Shown here: positions 24,062 through 32,000 of the stretch, one piece after another
Layout: each line of letters starts with the position of its first letter
Position numbering within the stretch: the first letter of the stretch is position 1
Assembly: GCA_965224465.1 (NCBI GenBank)
Contig: OZ245049.1
Location: 4,740,001-4,772,000, forward strand
Direction: 5' to 3'
Source of the DNA: Flavobacteriaceae bacterium
GTDB taxonomy: Bacteria > Bacteroidota > Bacteroidia > Flavobacteriales > Flavobacteriaceae
DNA length: 32,000 nt
Notes under the pieces: generated by a model
What the model was told of the DNA's origin: nothing
Database searches by the model: none
Seen by the model: only the letters and a program-made list of their open reading frames with translations
Position numbers and translations under genes: made by a program

Positions 24062-26639
24062 TGCTTAAAATTTCATATGCTTTTTTAGTGTATTTTTTTC
24101 TATCATCTAATCCATTATCACCCCCATTAACATCCTGAGTAACACTAGTAATAATAGCGTTTGTTATTCCTCCATCACATTTTGTATTTGTTGTTTTTGA
24201 AGAGTCTATCCAAATAATCATAGATGCTCTCATTGCAATATCTACATCCGTTTTTAAAAGAGAAATGTCATCGTTCATAAAATCCTTAGGATCCTTAGGA
24301 TATAGTTTTTTCCATTCGTCGTTTAACAGTTTATATTTATTTTTTCCTGTTAAATGTATAAATCCAACTCCGAAGTAATCTGAACCATCTAAAGTTGATT
24401 TATTACCATTATCCATTCTACATCCATATACATAATCAAAAAGAGATTTACTTTTTACATAACTCGATTTTATTGTATATAACGCTTTGAATTCCGCATA
24501 TGACCAAGAAGCTTTCCCCGCAGTTTTTGTTACTTCAATAGGATTTGTCACGCCTCTTTTATGTCCATGATTTTTCTGGGATGACGTTGTAGGATTGGTA
24601 TATTCACAAGTTAAATCTGCATTATAGCCATCTATTAAATCATGATATTTAAAAGTATATTTCCCAGAGGCAGTTGGATGGCTTATTAAAACTTTTCTTA
24701 AGAAGATATTATATATTGTCTTAGCACTATAATTATAATTCTCTTTTAATTGATTTAATTGACCTGTTTCTGCTCCAATTTGTCCTATAAAGTGAGAAAG
24801 ACGGTTAATGTTATTTATTTTGAACTTACATTTATGTTTATTAATCGCCTCAGATACTTCTTTTCTTCTTCCTTCTTTTGAGTCAGTAAAAATCTGTTTT
24901 AACATTTCAGGAGTAACTTCTATACAACAGTTTCCTTTTTTCACCTCAAACTCCTCACCCTCCAAAAACACAAGCTCATGCCGTTTATCTTCCCCTTTAG
25001 AAGTTACTTTTAGGTAGAGTTTTGCTACTTTATCATCCTTAAACTCCTCTTTCTGCTTCTTAAACTCGGCTTCACTTTTTTTACGGAGTTTTATTTTTAC
25101 TTTGGCTTGTCCGCTATCATCAAAAATAAGGTTTTCTAGTTTAGTAACTTCTGTATCATCTTTTAATATGGTCAAAGGTTTTTCTTCTTCGGCTAATAAT
25201 GGGGCTTTTTCATAGATTTCTATACTGCATTTTTTGCCTTGTAGGTTGGCACTTTCTACAACTAACCAAACCTCGCTTCCAATACTTATGGTTTCTATAC
25301 GCTCGTACACAGTTTCTGTTGCTGCTTTGGGTGTTTCTTCTTTTTTTGTGGTGGTAGTGGTGGTTTCTTTGGGTATTACGGTATTGTCTGGTAATATAAT
25401 TTCTTGATTAATGCGCAATGTCCAAGGAGCATAAATTTTATTATCACTTCCTAGTTTTTCCCAGTTGGAGATGCCATATTTCTCTGCTATTTTAGAAAGG
25501 CTTTCGTTACTTTTTACAGTATGTATCTTTTCTTGTTTTTTTTCTATTGAGTCTTGTACCGTAGCATCGGTTATGGTCTGTTGCTTTGTTTGTTTTGCAA
25601 AATAGGCTGCTGTTATTTTTTCTTTGGTGCTTAGGTAAAGTAACCTTCCAAATTTAGCTTGGTAACCTCTGGTTTGTCTTTCACTTGGTAGGGCATAGAA
25701 CAACTCTAATGGGTCGGATTCCCAAATACCTTCGCGTTGTTTTTTGTAATCTTCGCTATCTTGGTCTGGGAGTACTAATTTTTTATAAGTACAGCGTTCT
25801 GTAATTTTAAAGCGTACATCTTCGTTCATGCAAATTGTTTCATCATTACTGTTGATATTCCCCATAAATGATATGCCTTCTTCCCATAATTCACTTATAA
25901 TTTCCCTACCTGACATTCCTAAGGTTTTTACACACATATATACGGTGTCCTTATAGCCGACAGTTTTATTGGTTATTTTCTCTCTTTTGTCGTTGGTCCA
26001 ATAGCCTTCTGTAATTTCGGGAGGGGCTTTTACGGTGGTAGCTACAGTACTTCCATTTGCTTCTTTTTTTATGTCAGGGTTGCGTCGGTAAGCTTCTATA
26101 TGTATATTGTAACCATCTAGCCATTTAGAGAACTTTACGGTGAGTTTTGTTTTTTGATTTGTTTCGTCACCTCCAATTTTCACATAGGTAATGCCATGTT
26201 TCATTATGGCTTCGGTACGTTTCTTGGGGTCGGCAATATCCATAAAATCGGTCTTACTATCGGCTTGTCTTTTTGCGCGACCATTTATTCCATTACAGAG
26301 TTCAAAATATTTTAAAAGGTTGTTTTTTATTTCAACATCAGGCATGTGAAATATCCACTTAAACTTGGTTTTATCTTTTACTAAGTCTTCTTTATTTTCT
26401 TTTTTTCCATTATACAGCGAAAAACCGGTTACCTCATAAATTGCTTCTTCTCCTGATTGTATGGTTTTGGGACCAGTTACCTTACTGGGGTAATAACTGC
26501 CATTGGTAGATGCTTCTGGGAGACCATTGTTTACCATTACTGTGTTGGCAGTACCAAGTATTCCTTGTACTTCTTCTAAAAGTGCATTATACCTATCAAA
26601 TGTTCGAGGACTTTGAGCTATTTTTTTTATTTTAAACAT
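24045..26639 (-). CDS. Large leaderless protein with a LysM domain and a C-terminal glycoside hydrolase family 19-like (lysozyme/chitinase-fold) domain; cell-wall-degrading effector candidate
   Basis: LysM-like segment HTVKSNESLSKIAEKYGISNWEKLGSDNKIYAPWTLRINQEIILP (~aa 370-417), then a Thr-rich linker TTTTTTKKEETP. The C-terminal domain has LSHFIGQIGAETGQLNQLKENYNYS and YFGVGFIHLTGKNKY, matching the GH19 phage-lysin pattern (..Q..hE(S/T)g...E.. and G.G.iqlTG..NY). There is no N-terminal signal peptide. Confidence 0.7.
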   Translation of the reverse strand: MFKIKKIAQSPRTFDRYNALLEEVQGILGTANTVMVNNGLPEASTNGSYYPSKVTGPKTIQSGEEAIYEVTGFSLYNGKKENKEDLVKDKTKFKWIFHMPDVEIKNNLLKYFELCNGINGRAKRQADSKTDFMDIADPKKRTEAIMKHGITYVKIGGDETNQKTKLTVKFSKWLDGYNIHIEAYRRNPDIKKEANGSTVATTVKAPPEITEGYWTNDKREKITNKTVGYKDTVYMCVKTLGMSGREIISELWEEGISFMGNINSNDETICMNEDVRFKITERCTYKKLVLPDQDSEDYKKQREGIWESDPLELFYALPSERQTRGYQAKFGRLLYLSTKEKITAAYFAKQTKQQTITDATVQDSIEKKQEKIHTVKSNESLSKIAEKYGISNWEKLGSDNKIYAPWTLRINQEIILPDNTVIPKETTTTTTKKEETPKAATETVYERIETISIGSEVWLVVESANLQGKKCSIEIYEKAPLLAEEEKPLTILKDDTEVTKLENLIFDDSGQAKVKIKLRKKSEAEFKKQKEEFKDDKVAKLYLKVTSKGEDKRHELVFLEGEEFEVKKGNCCIEVTPEMLKQIFTDSKEGRRKEVSEAINKHKCKFKINNINRLSHFIGQIGAETGQLNQLKENYNYSAKTIYNIFLRKVLISHPTASGKYTFKYHDLIDGYNADLTCEYTNPTTSSQKNHGHKRGVTNPIEVTKTAGKASWSYAEFKALYTIKSSYVKSKSLFDYVYGCRMDNGNKSTLDGSDYFGVGFIHLTGKNKYKLLNDEWKKLYPKDPKDFMNDDISLLKTDVDIAMRASMIIWIDSSKTTNTKCDGGITNAIITSVTQDVNGGDNGLDDRKKYTKKAYEILSNEDEK

Positions 26640-26802
26640 AGTTTTATCCTATTATATTTTTAAAATTACTAGCTGTGATTGATTGCAGGAATACAAACAC
26701 TTCTAATTGATCTTACGATCATTCTCACTTTACTCTTATTTTTTACATCATGAATTTTACCTTGAGATAAATTCATTTCTCAACTTATTTTTGTATAAAC
26801 TG

Positions 26803-27102
26803 TTATGCTAAACCCAATTTACTTTGTATCCAAAACAGTACATCTCCTCCTTTGATCATAAGTAAGGATATCAATATGTATAGCGCTATTAAAATAATAG
26901 CTTTAAAAAACAACTTTATTTTAGTATTCTTTTGAAGTATATAATAGTTTATAATCAAAAACAGTATTGATGCTATTATACTAGCTGGTATTCCAGCTCC
27001 CCACACTACAAAAGCATGATCTTCATACAGAAACATAAACCCTAATGTAAGCGTGAATGAAGAAACTATAATAAAAAGTATTCTATAAATAAATATTTTC
27101 AT
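26803..27102 (-). CDS. Small 3-TM membrane protein, paralog of 27165..27464 (immunity candidate)
   Basis: 99 aa. It shares MKIF..., SILF(L/F)LI(N/D)YY(I/Y)L.K and its overall hydropathy pattern with the neighbouring 99-aa protein. Confidence 0.55.
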   Translation of the reverse strand: MKIFIYRILFIIVSSFTLTLGFMFLYEDHAFVVWGAGIPASIIASILFLIINYYILQKNTKIKLFFKAIILIALYILISLLMIKGGDVLFWIQSKLGLA

Positions 27103-27164
27103 GTTACTTGTTTTTATATTTTATATTTTTCCCTAGACTAGAAATGTTATCTCCTTTTACCACA

Positions 27165-27464
27165 CTATTTAAATTCTTTAAATAAAATATTAATCTCTCC
27201 AAATGTTATTAAAAATGCAATTAATATTATAATTACATGAAGTAGTAGCAGAAATAAAAAACGTACGCTATATAATTGTAGCCCTTTATGTTTTTTTATT
27301 AAATAATAATAATCTATCAGAAAAAACAATATACTTGTTATAAATACACTAGGAAAAACAGCATAATATAGCGAAGAGTTTTTGTCTAAAAACAGTGTCC
27401 ATAATTGTAATATTATAAAAGTTAATAATGCTACTAATAGTATGTATTTAAAAAATATCTTCAT
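27165..27464 (-). CDS. Small 3-TM membrane protein (immunity candidate); start moved to the internal ATG
   Basis: The listed ORF (to 27527) overlaps the lipase gene by 62 nt. The internal ATG at 27464 lies 1 nt after the lipase stop (27466..27468) and gives a 99-aa protein, MKIFFKYILL..., equal in length to its paralog. Confidence 0.55.
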   Translation of the reverse strand: MKIFFKYILLVALLTFIILQLWTLFLDKNSSLYYAVFPSVFITSILFFLIDYYYLIKKHKGLQLYSVRFLFLLLLHVIIILIAFLITFGEINILFKEFK

Positions 27465-27465
27465 C

Positions 27466-29205
27466 CTACTTTTTTTTATATCCTGGGTTTTTACCGGAAC
27501 TAAATGCCTTACGTAATTCTTTTTCAACTCCCTCCCATAAGCGCGTATGACTTAAGCTATGCGACACTGTGGCTAAATAATGGATGCTTCCATGTACTAA
27601 AACTGTAGCTGTTGTCTGTGTGTTAGTTTCAATTTCTATTGCTGCTAATTGCTCGTTAAATTGCTCCTGCGCTTCGGTAGAGAACGCATTGTCTGGCATC
27701 CTGTTTTCGTTTTCTTCCTCATTTTCTTCGGTTGGAATATCCTCTTCGGCTATTAAATTAGCGTTAAACTGATCTATCAAACGTCTGTATACAGGTAGCA
27801 GATCTTTTCTTAATCGTTTTAATTGGTTGTCTGCTTGACCTTTAATAATATATTCAACCTTGTCTACACTATCAATAATCGAATCTATATTTTCAACAGC
27901 TATTAATTGACTTAATAGCCTCATTAATACTTCTCTTAAATTATTGTTCTTTATAGCATTTTCAACACCAGAGACAAAACCATCGTAATTTGTTTTTCTG
28001 TTTCTTGTATGATATTCATCCTCTGTTGTAATATTAACAGGCTCCATGCTAATATCTTTTATTTGATTCTTAGGTGTCCAAGAGGTATCGTCTATACTAT
28101 CCGTAACTCCAGAGTTATCACTAAAAATAGTTGCTAAAATCCCTAGAATATTAGAATCCTCTACACCATTTTCAATTTGAAGTAAATTATTGAGAACTTG
28201 TAGTTCTGGCAGTAGATTTAAATCAGTACCAAAGTCCCAAGAATCGTATCCTCTATTTCTATTATTGGAATTACGTTCAAAAACCTGAGCTGTTGTAGTT
28301 GCCCAATTATGAAGTGCTGTGAACGCCCTAATAAGTTCATTTTTTTCAGCTAATAATGTTTCTATTTTAAAATTATTAATAGTTTTGAGTATTTCGCTAA
28401 AAATAATAGCAACGTTATTTAGTAAAAGAGCCGTTCTAGCCCATATAAGTGGACCCTCTGTGTGATTATCTATTGTATTAAATGTTTCTGTTAACGGTGC
28501 ATATACATTAGAGGCTATTATTAAACGAATCTTTTTAAGTGTCTTAGTAAGTATATCGCTATCAAGAGAAGCTAAAACGTATTCTAAATTTACCAACGAA
28601 AAATCTGCCACAAAACGCTGTGTAATATCGTACTCATTATATACATTAATAATCTTACAATATTTATGCAGTTTTACATGGTTAAGTTGGTGTTTTTCTT
28701 TAAAAAACGGTGTTGATAGATAGGTAATGCTTTTTATTTTCCATTTTTCAGGAAAACGCTTATCTGTTGCTATTAACTCTGTAAATTGGTTTATTACATT
28801 CCCTCCGTGGGAATGACCGATAAGGTGAAAATGAACATTGTTTTTATCATACCCAGGGTAGTACCTTAGTAATAAGTCTAATAAGCGATCGGCGGCTTTA
28901 ATCCGCTCATCCGTATTATTATCCCCAGACCAACTAAGGTGTTCTTTAAGAATATGTAAATCGAGAAACTGACGCTTTAATTCACCTACTTTTCCCAGGA
29001 GTTCGTCATGAAAATAAGAGGAATTAAGTGCTTGATGCTTTAAACCTGATGTATTTATGGGGTCTGTTGTGCCAGGTACAAATACAACAATATCTGTTGG
29101 TACTTTATGGATATTAAGCTTCGCTACTTCTGACTCCACAACCTTATCTCCTGTTACAAAGAATGCTTTCCCTTTTAAAGTTAGTATTTTAGTTTGTTCC
29201 GACAT
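27466..29205 (-). CDS. Alpha/beta-hydrolase lipase/esterase-like protein with a long C-terminal extension; phospholipase-type effector candidate
   Basis: Nucleophile elbow HLIGHSHGGNV (GxSxG, Ser ~132), preceded by VVFVPGTT and followed by ITYLSTPF and NEYDITQ, as in lipase/DUF676-type hydrolases. No signal peptide. An acidic low-complexity stretch EEDIPTEENEEENEN lies near the C-terminus. Confidence 0.65.
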   Translation of the reverse strand: MSEQTKILTLKGKAFFVTGDKVVESEVAKLNIHKVPTDIVVFVPGTTDPINTSGLKHQALNSSYFHDELLGKVGELKRQFLDLHILKEHLSWSGDNNTDERIKAADRLLDLLLRYYPGYDKNNVHFHLIGHSHGGNVINQFTELIATDKRFPEKWKIKSITYLSTPFFKEKHQLNHVKLHKYCKIINVYNEYDITQRFVADFSLVNLEYVLASLDSDILTKTLKKIRLIIASNVYAPLTETFNTIDNHTEGPLIWARTALLLNNVAIIFSEILKTINNFKIETLLAEKNELIRAFTALHNWATTTAQVFERNSNNRNRGYDSWDFGTDLNLLPELQVLNNLLQIENGVEDSNILGILATIFSDNSGVTDSIDDTSWTPKNQIKDISMEPVNITTEDEYHTRNRKTNYDGFVSGVENAIKNNNLREVLMRLLSQLIAVENIDSIIDSVDKVEYIIKGQADNQLKRLRKDLLPVYRRLIDQFNANLIAEEDIPTEENEEENENRMPDNAFSTEAQEQFNEQLAAIEIETNTQTTATVLVHGSIHYLATVSHSLSHTRLWEGVEKELRKAFSSGKNPGYKKK

Positions 29206-29278
29206 TATCTCATTTATTTATTAGTAAAAACATACGCTCCGTAGCATCATTTTTTTTTGAATATGAATTACATATAAA

Positions 29279-29737
29279 TCATGTTTTATTTTTTCTTAAA
29301 TAAAACATGTAACTCAAATAACTACTTAATATTATTACAATGGGATAAATCACTAAAATAAATCCCAAAACTCGATGTGCCATAGGTTCTTTTCCGAAAT
29401 CATATTTATTCCATCCAAATAAATCCAACCATCCATTTGTTATTGCGTAATTATGTGTGAATCCCTCATCAATATACGCTATTCCTAAACAAAGTATTGC
29501 CGTTGTAACAACGACTAGTATGGTATAAATTGAATATTTATTGTGATGTTTTTTTGACAAAACTAAAAATACCACCAACCAAACAATCAGTACTATAAAT
29601 TGTATGACACCAGAAACAGCTATATGTTCTTCTGTGCATAATAAATTAAAACCTCCTATAAAAATACAGGTAGCAACACTTGCCAATACACTTGCCATAA
29701 GAATTAATAGATATTTTATACTCTTTTTTATATTCAT
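29279..29737 (-). CDS. Polytopic membrane protein (4 predicted TM helices), function unknown
   Basis: 152-aa strongly hydrophobic ORF. It lies upstream of the lipase gene and is preceded by a decayed coding remnant that stops 4 nt before its ATG. Confidence 0.5.
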   Translation of the reverse strand: MNIKKSIKYLLILMASVLASVATCIFIGGFNLLCTEEHIAVSGVIQFIVLIVWLVVFLVLSKKHHNKYSIYTILVVVTTAILCLGIAYIDEGFTHNYAITNGWLDLFGWNKYDFGKEPMAHRVLGFILVIYPIVIILSSYLSYMFYLRKNKT

Positions 29738-30140
29738 AAAATCACCATTTTATAGGTATTGTAATTCGTTCTCCTAATTTTTCAAACAGAGTATCAAGCC
29801 TGTATTCTTAATCTTCACAAGAATTTTTTTGTTTCCAATATTTTTTCAGATAAGCATCATCTCTAATAATTATATATATTTACTCATACTTATAAAGTTG
29901 AGAACAGTTAATACTTTTTGAGCCCCTTTTAGGGCACCATTAAAGATATCATAACCATTAAAGTAATTTGAAAATTTTTTAGCCTTAGAATATTCTATCA
30001 TGTTAATATCTGCTCTCCCATGGCTTGTTTTTATTTTTTAAACCCACTAGTGGGTTTAATTCCCCGATGCTTGCATCAAAATGATTAAGGTTTTTTTGTT
30101 TTTCATATCTCATGGGCTGTCCCGAGGTTATTGACTTATT

Positions 30141-30506
30141 CTATTGCAAAACCTTATAAAAATGGATCTTATTTTTTTTATTTGGTAAACTATCAAAAGT
30201 CAACTTCTTATTATCAACCTGGTATTTAGTTTTAAATAAAAAATTTTCATCAAAAATAGATTTAAAAATTATTGTGTTTTTTTTAATATGATACGTATAT
30301 CTATATAAAGTATCTCCTTTACTTGTTAATATTAGATTTTTATCCTTAATAATTATCTCAGGATAATTAACTTCTTCTAATTTTAAATTTGCTTTCCAAT
30401 TCCCCTGCAAATCGTTTGTCATGTTAAATTCATTTTGTTTTTCAATATGTGGTGGTTGTTTACATTGAAAAAAAATAATTACCATTATGCTAAGTGATTT
30501 TCTCAT
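30141..30506 (-). CDS. Small exported/lipoprotein-like protein, candidate immunity for the metallopeptidase toxin
   Basis: 121-aa ORF overlapping the toxin stop by 17 nt. N-terminal signal MRKSLSIMVIIFFQC with Cys then KQPP (a less canonical lipobox). Confidence 0.55.
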   Translation of the reverse strand: MRKSLSIMVIIFFQCKQPPHIEKQNEFNMTNDLQGNWKANLKLEEVNYPEIIIKDKNLILTSKGDTLYRYTYHIKKNTIIFKSIFDENFLFKTKYQVDNKKLTFDSLPNKKNKIHFYKVLQ

Positions 30507-30815
30507 GATATCTATTTGTTAAATTAGAAAGATTAGACCAATTATTCTTAAATATTAAATTTTCTATTTTCAAATCATCAATATTTTTCTTTAGTACTTT
30601 TCTGTGTTTTGGGTTGATTGTTGATCCTTTTTCTCCAAGATTCACTTCAGCATTAGAATCGTATTGGAATCTTTTATCAACATAAGTTCCTCTAGGAAGC
30701 ATAATATGTGGTGTTCCTTTACCGCGATAATCATGTCCTGTAGGGTGATCTAACCCCCAAGTATGTCCAAACTCATGTGCTTCCGTGGTAGAATTAGACT
30801 TTTGAATATTTTTTA
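30490..30815 (-). pseudogene. 3' part of a metzincin-type zinc metallopeptidase toxin gene, interrupted by IS1595
   Basis: The frame is open from the IS junction: ...NIQKSNSTTEAHEFGHTWGLDHPTGHDYRGKGTPHIMLPRGTYVDKRF.... HEFGHTWGLDH fits HExxHxxGxxH. The listed ORF (ATG 30702) is only its tail. Confidence 0.7.
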
Positions 30816-31805
30816 TAGGGTTACCCTCTTAAGTCGCAATATATTTGATTGATTTATAGGTTATTGGTTTTTCTTTACACATTCTTTTTAGTAGGTTTTC
30901 TAAGATGTTTTCTCTAAAATTGAGTCGATTAAATCGATAGAAATACTCTTGAATGTATTGATTTATATACTCTTTCTCACAATACGAATGAACGCCTCTT
31001 AACCAATTTTTAAAGTTTCTTATCTGAAAATGTAGCATCTTAAAATTCTCACCATTATTAGATAATATTTGTGTTAAATTTGGGAAGTTCTTTTTTAAAG
31101 GTTTATATCCTGACCAGCCATCTGTAACTATATTGGCATCAAACTTTATATGTTTCTCAAATATTGGTTTTAATGATTTGCAACTATAATCTTCTATCAC
31201 CTTTGCGTATGCTCTGCCTGGTTTACCATTTCTATTTTCAATGGCAATTACAACTCTAATTTTAGTAGCTGATTTACTACGTCCTTGCTCTCCTTTTTTT
31301 GGTGTACCTATTTCAAACTCGTCTACATGAACTTCTTTTTCTAAAGGATATTTCTCACTACTTTTCATTGCTTCTTGTACTTTTCTTCTAAACAACCAAG
31401 CTGTCATCTGTTTAACACCGTGCCTTTCTGCTAACCAAATACTATTCGCTCCTTTCTTACTGGTAACTATATCATAAGTCATTTCAAAGGCTTCTACAAT
31501 ACCAAATTTAACTTTATGAAATAGAGTGTTCGCAGTTGGAGACTCATCATATCCGCATTTTGTACAACGTCTATTATACGCTCTTTTTCCTTTTAAAAAC
31601 TTTGTGTTTTTACATTTAAAACAGGAAAAACCTTCTTCCCATTTTACAGATGATAAAAAAGATAAACATAAACTCTCTTCTCCAAACTTAGTGTGAAATT
31701 CTTTACGAGATAATTCTTTTAATATTTTCATAGCTTTCTTTTTCTAAAAGTAAAAAATCCTTTCAGAAAAACAAAATATTAGTGAGATTTAAATAGGTAA
31801 CCCTA
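30816..31805 (-). mobile_element. IS1595-family insertion sequence (990 bp)
   Basis: Terminal inverted repeats tagggttacc (30816..30825) and ggtaacccta (31796..31805), flanked by an 8-bp direct repeat atttttta (30808..30815 and 31806..31813). Confidence 0.85.
30829..31731 (-). CDS. IS1595-family (ISXO2-like) transposase
   Basis: 300 aa. N-terminal zinc-ribbon CFKCKNTKF...RRCTKCGYDES, then a DDE-type core (VHVDEFEIG, IVTDGWSGY), as in IS1595 transposases. Confidence 0.8.
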   Translation of the reverse strand: MKILKELSRKEFHTKFGEESLCLSFLSSVKWEEGFSCFKCKNTKFLKGKRAYNRRCTKCGYDESPTANTLFHKVKFGIVEAFEMTYDIVTSKKGANSIWLAERHGVKQMTAWLFRRKVQEAMKSSEKYPLEKEVHVDEFEIGTPKKGEQGRSKSATKIRVVIAIENRNGKPGRAYAKVIEDYSCKSLKPIFEKHIKFDANIVTDGWSGYKPLKKNFPNLTQILSNNGENFKMLHFQIRNFKNWLRGVHSYCEKEYINQYIQEYFYRFNRLNFRENILENLLKRMCKEKPITYKSIKYIAT

Positions 31806-31813
31806 ATTTTTTA

Positions 31814-32000
31814 ATTGAAAAAAACCTGTATTCGATTTTAAATCGTCTACATAAGATACAGATGCTTTAGTTTTATCTTCAATCCGAATAAATTTCTTCC
31901 ACTTATCTCTATTATTTCTAATGATATTTTTAATGTTACTATTTATTATTTTTCCTTTAATAGAAAATTTCACAGAATAACTTTCTCCTTTTATAACAAC
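31814..32000 (-). pseudogene. Upstream part of the metallopeptidase toxin gene (continues beyond the window)
   Basis: The - strand frame is open from 32000 (VVIKGESYSVKFSIKG...SYVDDLKSNTGFFQ). It joins in frame to 30815 when the IS and one copy of the duplication are removed (...FFQLKNIQKSNSTTEAHEFGH...). Confidence 0.7.

Noticed and set aside
27465-27527. Long N-terminal extension (MKKNYVRHLVPVKTQDIKKSR) of the small membrane ORF
   Set aside because: It would overlap the lipase gene by 62 nt. The internal ATG at 27464 gives a 99-aa product matching the length and N-terminus (MKIF...) of the adjacent paralog.
1-32000. Calling the island a type VI (or other specific) secretion locus
   Set aside because: No structural genes (TssB/C, Hcp, VgrG, PAAR, T9SS components, sheath or tube) are visible in this window. 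The leaderless toxins with periplasm-facing partners are compatible with several delivery routes, so the pathway is left open.

Overview
AT-rich window that reads like an accessory island of a Bacteroidota (Flavobacteriia-like) genome; the taxon is an inference from low G+C, SC(K/N)-type lipoprotein signals and the IS families present. I saw no rRNA, tRNA or CRISPR array. Three themes stand out. (1) Many toxin/effector genes are tightly coupled to small lipoprotein or polytopic membrane genes, which I read as immunity candidates. On the + strand, 1..5484 holds an array of peptidoglycan-hydrolase modules (TIGR02594/CHAP-like amidase, a truncated amidase remnant, an NlpC/P60 orphan), each followed by a lipoprotein. 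A shared junction peptide, NVYHFHPIAFVEQMKMI, sits just before the variable domains. At 15473..22773 there is a duplicated two-gene cassette I cannot assign to any family: a Gly-zipper membrane protein plus a 2-TM partner with a conserved WYMDKNRPLP...RRKSEGFP tail. On the - strand lie a leaderless LysM + GH19-like muramidase with a lipoprotein, an alpha/beta-hydrolase lipase (GHSHG) with two tandem 99-aa 3-TM paralogs, and a metzincin-type (HEFGHTWGLDH) toxin with a lipoprotein. (2) 5650..11562 is a prophage tail-module remnant: an S74-chaperone tail fibre, a tail-collar fibre, small structural ORFs and an orphan Dam-like methyltransferase. (3) The IS load is very heavy, about 9.2 kb (~29% of the window) by my coordinates. 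It comprises an IS21 element whose istA is frameshifted and also split by a nested IS30; an IS66 fragment; an IS4-family element; a complete IS66 followed by a second solo IS66 right end; and an IS1595-family element. For four insertions the target-site duplications are readable, and removing the element in silico restores an open reading frame. No secretion or injection apparatus genes are present in the window, so the delivery route of the toxins cannot be determined here.
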